DNA of 64,000 bases, from assembly GCA_002715825.1 (NCBI GenBank), contig PBAI01000011.1, forward strand, positions 9,020-73,019, written 5' to 3'. This document shows positions 57,886 through 64,000 of the stretch, one piece after another. The notes below the pieces were generated by a model. That model made no database searches, was not told the origin of the DNA, and saw only the letters and a program-made list of their open reading frames with translations. Positions within the stretch are counted from its first letter, which is position 1, and each line of letters starts with the position of its first letter. Source of the stretch: Roseibacillus sp. (GTDB taxonomy: Bacteria > Verrucomicrobiota > Verrucomicrobiia > Verrucomicrobiales > Akkermansiaceae). Position numbers and translations under genes: made by a program.

Positions 57886-59247
57886 ATGAGTTATTCCCGC
57901 GAAGCGATCGGCCGCAGAACTTTTCTGCGAGGGCTGGGTACTTGCATCACCCTTCCCAGCATGGCCTCTCTCGCGGGAGGTGCGACTCTTCCTAAGGCAG
58001 GCTCACGTGGCTTGACTGCAACGGGAGCTCCGTTACGGACAGCCTATCTCTATGTCCCCAATGGTGTAATCATGGATAAGTGGCGTCCAGAGGGGTTCGG
58101 AGCAGACTTCAAGTTCAATGAGAGCATGACTCCTCTGGAGATCTTCCGTGAGGATCTTCAGATCGTGAAAGGCTTTGCACAAGTTGAGGGAAATCCGGGG
58201 AAGGACGGGGCTGGCGATCATGCACGCGCTAATGCTACCTTTCTGACAGGAGCGCGTCCCCTGCGAACCTCGGGGGCCAACTTGAGGGTCGGAACCTCCG
58301 CCGATCAGCTTGCGGCTCGTTTTCTTTCTGCAGAGACCCGGATGCCCTCTCTTGAATTAACATGCGAGAGAGTGCGCAATACCGGCGCTTGCGACGCGGG
58401 ATATTCCTGTGCTTACCAGTATAATATTTCCTGGCGTTCCGAGCATCTGCCTGCCACTCCCGAGTCCAATCCACGCGCCGTATTTGAACGTATTTATGGG
58501 ATAGGGAGCCCGAAAGAGAGGGTTGCTAATGCCGCCCGGAGGCATGCTGAGCAAAAGTCGATCCTCGATTTCGTGCAAGAGTCTGCTCATAAGATGGGTA
58601 AGCGACTCGGGCGCGAGGATCGGGAGAAGCTTGAAGAATACCTCACTGGAGTGCGTGAGGTCGAACAGCGTATCGAGCGAGTGGAGCGACTGGGACCTCC
58701 TGCTGATCCGGGTCGGCCTGTGCCGGATGGAACTCCGCGTGCTTACCGGGATCACATTCGTATCCTCTTCGATATGATGCTCCTGGCCTTCCGAAGCGAT
58801 TCAACCCGGGTAGTGAGTTTTCTTCTGGGGCATGATGGAAGCAACCGGAGCTTCCGGGATATCGGCGTGAGCGGCGGTCATCACGATCTTTCCCATCATG
58901 GCAAGGATGCGGGCAAGATGGCGCTGGTAAGCCAGATCGATCGCTTTTACAGCGAGGAATTAGCCTATTTTCTCAGGCGTATGAAGGAAGCGAAGGATGT
59001 CGATGGAAAGTCGCTCCTGCACAACTCGATGGTTGTTTGGGGAAGCGGCCTTTCGGATGGGCACTGGCACACGCACGACGATCTTCCTATCGTAGTAGCA
59101 GGGAATGCGGGGGGTAAATTCCAGACTGGGCGCCATCTGGACGTCGGAGATGTGCCTTTAAATAATCTTTTTGTGCGGATGCTTGAGGAGGTTGGGCTCG
59201 CCGGGATGAGTTTTGGAGACTCAACAGGGGCGGAAAAGAGGGTCTAA
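57886..59247 (+). CDS. DUF1552 domain protein, Tat signal
   Basis: GRRTFLRGLG. 453 aa with family-typical blocks (SLELTCE, KSILDFV, DREKLEEYLTGVREVE, GGHHDLSHHG). It is the canonical partner of DUF1592-family genes. Confidence 0.85.
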   Translation: MSYSREAIGRRTFLRGLGTCITLPSMASLAGGATLPKAGSRGLTATGAPLRTAYLYVPNGVIMDKWRPEGFGADFKFNESMTPLEIFREDLQIVKGFAQVEGNPGKDGAGDHARANATFLTGARPLRTSGANLRVGTSADQLAARFLSAETRMPSLELTCERVRNTGACDAGYSCAYQYNISWRSEHLPATPESNPRAVFERIYGIGSPKERVANAARRHAEQKSILDFVQESAHKMGKRLGREDREKLEEYLTGVREVEQRIERVERLGPPADPGRPVPDGTPRAYRDHIRILFDMMLLAFRSDSTRVVSFLLGHDGSNRSFRDIGVSGGHHDLSHHGKDAGKMALVSQIDRFYSEELAYFLRRMKEAKDVDGKSLLHNSMVVWGSGLSDGHWHTHDDLPIVVAGNAGGKFQTGRHLDVGDVPLNNLFVRMLEEVGLAGMSFGDSTGAEKRV

Positions 59248-59512
59248 GGGGGGATCTAGCCGCCCGCTGCAAGGACGGGCAGGACAGATGGTAAAGGTAA
59301 CCATCTCCGCTATTGAGAGCTGGGGTGCATGGCGGAGTCTGTAATGGGTGGCTGATGGTGCAATCTTCTGGTGCAATTCCATCTCTAGCAAAAGAACGTT
59401 CCCGATGCCCTTCGATGATGTCAGCGTGGAAACTCACCGGCTGTTGATAAAATAAAGAATGCGGATTTTCTTCAGTAGACGTGGGAGGTGTCAGCCTCTA
59501 GAGGTTTCCAGA

Positions 59513-60412
59513 ATGAAGTTTTTAATTCTCACTCTTTTCGCCCTCGGCTTGACAGGTTTGGGCACCCTGAACGCCAAGGATCTCAAGTCGGGCGAATATA
59601 CGATTTCACAGTCATGGACACAGGAACGTTCCTTTGAACGTCTTTATATTGTTTCCGTTCCTGAGGGCAGGAAGGCAAAACATCCGGTAGTCGTTTTTCT
59701 TCACGGGGGAGGAGGGAACGCACGGGGAGCCTTCAAGGGGTTCATGCGGCGTCACAGGGTAATGGCAAAGCATTATATCGTGATCTGTCCAGAGGGTTAT
59801 TCCAGGGGTTGGAATATCGTTTCTGAGAGATCCAAGGCCGATGATCGGGGATTCATTGAGGAGATCATCAAGACGGTGTCGAAACACGATAACGTCCAAC
59901 GGGAAAACTTCAGTATTATTGGAAGTTCGAATGGGGCCGCTCTTGTGAATCAGCTAGCGATCGAGTGCCGCTTACCGAACATAAGAAACTACGTGAGTGG
60001 CGTAAGTCCGCTCAACGTGTTTCAGCACGACGGAAAAGCATTCAAGGCCAAGGGTCCTAACAATACCTATCGCAAGGCGGTAGTGCCCATGAAAGGGAAG
60101 CGGTTGATGAATATCTCAGGGACGGAAGATCATCTGGTCCCTTACGCTGGAGGGCTTTCGCGGGCTATTCCCGCGAAGGGAGGAAAGCTGGGCTTTGTAC
60201 ACGCTGAGCATTCGACGTATCTCTGGGCAAAAGCGATGGGATATGAGGGAGAGAAGTTGATCGAACCAAGCAAGGTTGAGGGAAATTTGGAGAAGTTTTC
60301 CTACCTCGATGGCGCGGTAGTTCATTACAAGGTAAAAGGAGAGGGCCATGGTGCGATGGGCGCAATCAAAGAGGACCGCCTCCTTTCCTTCTTGGAGGGC
60401 GGGGAGAAATAA
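59513..60412 (+). CDS. Alpha/beta-hydrolase esterase (PHB-depolymerase/feruloyl-esterase-like), secreted
   Basis: ATG 59513 gives the signal peptide MKFLILTLFALGLTGLGTLNA. HPVVVFLHGGGGN oxyanion-like block, a GSSNG nucleophile elbow (GxSxG) and a distal GEGHG. Confidence 0.65.
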   Translation: MKFLILTLFALGLTGLGTLNAKDLKSGEYTISQSWTQERSFERLYIVSVPEGRKAKHPVVVFLHGGGGNARGAFKGFMRRHRVMAKHYIVICPEGYSRGWNIVSERSKADDRGFIEEIIKTVSKHDNVQRENFSIIGSSNGAALVNQLAIECRLPNIRNYVSGVSPLNVFQHDGKAFKAKGPNNTYRKAVVPMKGKRLMNISGTEDHLVPYAGGLSRAIPAKGGKLGFVHAEHSTYLWAKAMGYEGEKLIEPSKVEGNLEKFSYLDGAVVHYKVKGEGHGAMGAIKEDRLLSFLEGGEK

Positions 60413-60431
60413 TCCTCGGGGTCCGTTTGTT

Positions 60432-63380
60432 TCAACGGGCAGATCGGGCCTGTCGCTGCCTTTCGATCAGAAGGGTGCGAAACTCTTTCATCCGATCCTC
60501 GTACCGATTCCCACCGGCGAGATTGTTTTTCTCTGAGGGATCGATATTGAGATTATAGAGCTCTTCGCCATCGGGCCATCTAGCGTAGCGCCAGCGCTGG
60601 TTACGGAGTGAGAATCCCAGCTTGTTACCACGGGAAACGACGCTGTAGGCGTGTTTCTTTTTTCCTGGCCGCTCCGGGTGAACGAGAAGCGGACGAAGGG
60701 ATACCCCTTGGAGGTGCTCAGGGGGCCTGAGGTCAGTGAGATCGGCCAGAGTAGGGTAGAGATCGATCAGTTCGACCATGGCTTCAGACGTAGTCCCGCC
60801 CGTAGTAATCCCTGGAGCTCTTATAACGAAGGGAACCTTTGCCCCGATATCAAAGAGAGTCACTTTTCCCCATAGGAAATGATCTCCGAGGTGATAGCCG
60901 TGGTCGGAAGTGAACACAATGATGGTGTTCTCCCAGTGGCCACTCTGCTTCAAGGCGTCGAAGACGATTTTCAGCTGGGCGTCGATAAAGGATATGCAGG
61001 CGTGATAGGCCTGCATGTACTCCCGGCGCAGAGAAGCGTCCTCCTTCCCCAGTTCAAATCCGAAGGCAGTGTAGCGCTTTGAGATCGCGGACTGTGGAAG
61101 ATTTTCCCAGAGATTGGGTTGGTCAACTCGATAGACGATTTTTTCCAGAGGGTAGAGATCGAAGTATTTATTTGGTGCGAGGAAGGGGACATGAGGCTTC
61201 TGGATTCCACAGGCAATGAAGAAGGGCTTATCGTCCGGAGTGTCGTCACTCAGCCACCGAGCGACCTGTCTTACATTCTTGCCGTCCTTGTGCTGCGCAT
61301 CAGTCAGTCCGCTTCGACCCCGCCCTGGTGGGGTCTGGGAATCGAGCTTTCCCGAAGTCTTTTTTTTCAGTTCTCTCCACCTTTTCCGGTTGGGGCGATC
61401 GTCGATGGATCCATACCGTTCCTCAAACTCCTCACGTGCTTCCCGCACGATCTCGAGTTCGTCATTTTGGAAGCGCAGGACTTCATGCCATGCGGATTCG
61501 CCGTGTTCGTGTCGGGAAGAGTGAAAGATTTTACCAACACTGGCGGTCCAGTAACCATTTTCCTTGAAGAATTGAGGTAAGGTTAGTGTGCCGGGACGCT
61601 CCTTTCGGATATCTGAGGTGTTATTCAAAACACCCGTTGATTCCGGGTAGAGGCCACTGAGAAAGGAGGCTCGAGACGGACCGCAGACCGGATACTGGCA
61701 GAAGGTGCGTTTGAAAGTCATTCCTTCGGAAGCGAGCCAGCTGAGCGTAGGGGTATGAATAGGTTCATAGCCTGACGGAGAGACGTGTGTGTTCAGATCG
61801 TCACACACGATGAAAAGGACGTTTTTCTTCTTTCCATTAGTGGGCTGGTCCTTTGATGCATTTTTCTCTACTGATCCCCGGGTGGGAGGATTTGCCCCTT
61901 TCTTCCAGCGAAAAGATTCGCCCTCAATGAGAAGGTCGCGCCTACCGTTCAGCTTTTCGCAGGGTTCTGCGAAGGTAGCAGGAGCTGCCTTGCGCATCGT
62001 GGCTTTCAGGTGGGCATGTTCAGGATCATCCGCGAGATTGTGCCACTCATGGGGATCCCTCCGCAGGTCATAAAGTTCTTCCCCGTCGTCTCCGTAACGG
62101 ATATAGCGCCAATTTCGATTGATGGTTGCGTATTCTCCCGGATGCATGTGAGGGAGGTAAACAGTTCGGTCCTCAGCCTTGTCAGGATTCCTGAGCACGG
62201 AGGCTAGGGATATTCCCTCCAGTTTTTGGCGAGGGGCGGGAAGGCGGCACATTTCGACAAGGGTGGGGAACATGTCGATCAGACTTACGGTGACATCAGA
62301 TCGCGCGCTCCGCGCTATTCCTGGCCCGGCCCAGATAAAGGGGACATTTGAAGTGCGCTCCCAGAGGGTGTGCTTTCCCCAGTCGCCCTTCTGTCCGTGA
62401 TGGTAGCCATGATCACTCCAGAGAATGACAATGGTATTATCAGCGTGAGGACTTTGCTGAAGAGCGTCAAGGACGCGCCCCATCATTGCATCAGCATAGC
62501 TGATGCAGGCTAAATATCCGTGAATGGCGTCATCTAAAGCATTCAGTGAATTGAGTTTGGCGACAATTTTTGAGCGTGCAGTCTTGATCTTGCGTATTTT
62601 TCCCGGGAGGTCGGCAAGATCATCTTCCCTGAAAGGAGGGAGCTTGATGCTTTCGACGTCGTAAAGGTCGTAATACTTTTGGGGACAGTAGTTCGGGTAG
62701 TGAGGTGCATAGATCCCAACTCCGAGGAAAAAAGGCTCCTCATGCTCTTTCTTGAGCTGGTCAACAGCCCAGTTGATGCGGATAGTGTCAGCCATTTCGT
62801 CCTCCTGCTCATTTGGGAGGGCGGCCCATTCCAGAAACATTCCGCCGGTAATATCCTGCCCTCTATTGTAGATACTGGCAGGAAAGGGGTCAGGGAGAGG
62901 GGTTTCGTCGGACCATGAGTTGAGAGGCCATCCACTGGTGCGTTGAGATTTATTCCTGAGAAAGAAGCTGTCCCATCCCCGCTGGTCAATTGCTCCCGCG
63001 GGGTGGTGAAACAGTTTTCCTGCACCCAGAGTTGTATACCCGGCCGCAGCAAAGCACATCTGGAGGGCATCAATTTCCGGATGGTGTACGAAATAATTCG
63101 CCGTTCGATAGCACCCCGTAGTTGACGCGAACTGGCCGGAGAATATGGCTGCGCGAGAGGGAGCGCAGTATACGCCGGCGGTGTGAGCGTTGGTAAAAAG
63201 CACGCCTCGGTTTGCCAGCTTGTCGAGATTCGGGGTGATTGCACGAGGGCTGGTTCCCATGCACCCGAGCCAGTCATTCATATCGTCGACGGCGAGAAAG
63301 AGGACGTTGGGTTGCCGTGCCTGGGCAGCCAAGCTGAAGCAAAAAAGGGCGACAAGGAGGTTAAACCGGGGTCGTTTCAT
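60432..63380 (-). CDS. Tandem double sulfatase (two complete formylglycine-type sulfatase domains in one polypeptide)
   Basis: ATG 63380 gives the signal peptide [21 protein letters not shown]. Domain 1 has [13 protein letters not shown] and [11 protein letters not shown]. Domain 2 has [13 protein letters not shown] and [11 protein letters not shown]. Each is followed by SDHG-type blocks (WSDHGYHHG; TSDHGYHLG). Confidence 0.85.
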   Translation of the reverse strand: MKRPRFNLLVALFCFSLAAQARQPNVLFLAVDDMNDWLGCMGTSPRAITPNLDKLANRGVLFTNAHTAGVYCAPSRAAIFSGQFASTTGCYRTANYFVHHPEIDALQMCFAAAGYTTLGAGKLFHHPAGAIDQRGWDSFFLRNKSQRTSGWPLNSWSDETPLPDPFPASIYNRGQDITGGMFLEWAALPNEQEDEMADTIRINWAVDQLKKEHEEPFFLGVGIYAPHYPNYCPQKYYDLYDVESIKLPPFREDDLADLPGKIRKIKTARSKIVAKLNSLNALDDAIHGYLACISYADAMMGRVLDALQQSPHADNTIVILWSDHGYHHGQKGDWGKHTLWERTSNVPFIWAGPGIARSARSDVTVSLIDMFPTLVEMCRLPAPRQKLEGISLASVLRNPDKAEDRTVYLPHMHPGEYATINRNWRYIRYGDDGEELYDLRRDPHEWHNLADDPEHAHLKATMRKAAPATFAEPCEKLNGRRDLLIEGESFRWKKGANPPTRGSVEKNASKDQPTNGKKKNVLFIVCDDLNTHVSPSGYEPIHTPTLSWLASEGMTFKRTFCQYPVCGPSRASFLSGLYPESTGVLNNTSDIRKERPGTLTLPQFFKENGYWTASVGKIFHSSRHEHGESAWHEVLRFQNDELEIVREAREEFEERYGSIDDRPNRKRWRELKKKTSGKLDSQTPPGRGRSGLTDAQHKDGKNVRQVARWLSDDTPDDKPFFIACGIQKPHVPFLAPNKYFDLYPLEKIVYRVDQPNLWENLPQSAISKRYTAFGFELGKEDASLRREYMQAYHACISFIDAQLKIVFDALKQSGHWENTIIVFTSDHGYHLGDHFLWGKVTLFDIGAKVPFVIRAPGITTGGTTSEAMVELIDLYPTLADLTDLRPPEHLQGVSLRPLLVHPERPGKKKHAYSVVSRGNKLGFSLRNQRWRYARWPDGEELYNLNIDPSEKNNLAGGNRYEDRMKEFRTLLIERQRQARSAR

Positions 63381-63674
63381 TTGAAAACCGGCGTAGTCTC
63401 TCATATTTGAGGAGGTATTGCCGCTCTCTTTTGTGAATGCAGATTTCAGCGAATGATTGCCGAAGTGGCTTTCTTCGTGTCTCCATTTAAAGGTTGTAGG
63501 AAGTTGAGTGGTTCTTGCGACCTGGTTCATCAATTCCCAAACCGCCAGACGGGCGTGATGTTCCAATCGTATGGTGGCAGAGGCACATACCGGAGAAATA
63601 GCCCCATTCTTTTTTTCAACAGCTGGAAGCTGAATTAATTCTCGCCCGATGGTCCAGTTCTGGGACAGTAGGGT

Positions 63675-64000
63675 ATGAGGATGATGATTCTGGTATCTGC
63701 CTTTTTCTCCTTGGCTGCCCTCTCCGGTGGAGCCGAAAAGATTGCTCTCTTCGATGGTAAATCATTGGAGGGGTGGCATTCAGTGGGGTCAGCCAAATGG
63801 CGCGTCGAGAATGGTATTATAGTTGGGGGGCAGGATGGTGACTCGAGAAAGAGTGGAATCCTTATGACCAAGAAGTCATTCAAGGATTTTGACCTGGAGC
63901 TGGAATTTAAAATAGACGAGCACGGAAAATATAACAGCGGAGTCTACCTTCGTCATGGCCCCGGGGAGGGTCGACAGCGAGGTTACCAGGTGAATATTGG
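63675..64000 (+). CDS. DUF1080 domain protein, N-terminal part; runs off the right edge and is not in the ORF track
   Basis: My own translation from ATG 63675 gives [93 protein letters not shown]. This shows the canonical DUF1080 pattern (LFnGk.L.gW...g...W.vedG.i.g......L.t...y.dF.L..E.k.....NSGv..R). There is no stop before base 64000. Confidence 0.8.
   Translation, partial: MRMMILVSAFFSLAALSGGAEKIALFDGKSLEGWHSVGSAKWRVENGIIVGGQDGDSRKSGILMTKKSFKDFDLELEFKIDEHGKYNSGVYLRHGPGEGRQRGYQVNI

Noticed and set aside
59248-59512. A 265-nt gap before the esterase gene, containing a 7-bp hairpin (agatggt-N7-accatct, 59286-59306) and a short direct repeat ggtgcaat (x2, about 59358-59381). I considered it as a possible small RNA or riboswitch.
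   Set aside because: The elements are short enough to arise by chance and I recognise no known RNA-family signature. The track's 116-aa minus ORF here overlaps the DUF1552 3' end and looks spurious. Covariance-model scanning would be needed before any call.
63381-63566. A 62-codon N-terminal extension of the double-sulfatase ORF.
   Set aside because: ATG 63380 produces a typical signal peptide ([21 protein letters not shown]) directly before the first sulfatase domain. The extension is hydrophilic and unlike any leader.
63635-63883. An 82-aa minus-strand ORF at the right edge.
   Set aside because: It is antisense to a much better-supported plus-strand DUF1080 gene (63675 to the window end) and has no recognisable features.
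1-64000. I looked for CRISPR arrays, tandem repeats, IS elements or transposases, integrases, phage genes, reverse transcriptases, toxin-antitoxin pairs and known defence-system genes.
   Set aside because: I saw no regularly spaced direct repeats. No ORF has transposase, integrase, RT, nuclease-NTPase or defence-type motifs. The repetition in this window is at the level of diverged paralogous proteins, not DNA repeats. An exhaustive repeat search by eye is not possible, so short or degenerate repeats could have been missed.

Overview
This is a 64-kb chromosomal segment with clear PVC-superphylum hallmarks (Verrucomicrobiota or Planctomycetota; I cannot tell which from sequence alone). I support about 43 protein-coding genes, two of them cut by the window edges. 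I found no rRNA, tRNA, CRISPR array, transposase, integrase, phage gene or recognisable defence or toxin-antitoxin system.

The dominant feature is a dense set of paralogous gene modules of unknown function. There are seven Tat-signal DUF1501 genes and one DUF1552 gene. Each lies directly downstream of a large Sec-signal protein carrying Planctomycete-type cytochrome c (CxxCH) motifs. The partners are six DUF1549/DUF1553 proteins, one cyt-c/WD40 protein and one DUF1592-family protein. With one accessory gene these modules sum to about 34.3 kb, roughly half the window.

The most unusual unit is a tightly coupled five-gene operon at 32652-43286 on the minus strand. Its order is DUF1501, Big2-DUF1549/1553, an Ig/PPC-repeat protein with a coiled coil, a cyt-c/WD40/coiled-coil/WD40 protein, then a second DUF1501.

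Other content:
- Housekeeping genes ispD and yqeY.
- An orphan NarL-type response regulator embedded in a 14-kb same-strand run of modules.
- A PhyH / TIM-barrel / Gfo-Idh-MocA / DUF6807 sugar-oxidation cluster.
- A sialate O-acetylesterase-like gene and an SDR.
- A truncated gamma-glutamyltransferase remnant.
- A PQQ dehydrogenase with an internal cytochrome c insertion.
- A plus-strand run headed by a TonB-dependent receptor and containing the DUF1592/DUF1552 pair.
- A tandem-fused double sulfatase.
- DUF1080 genes at both window edges; the right-hand one is missing from the ORF track because it has no stop codon in the window.

All domain calls rest on motifs read by eye in the translations. 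No database search was run.
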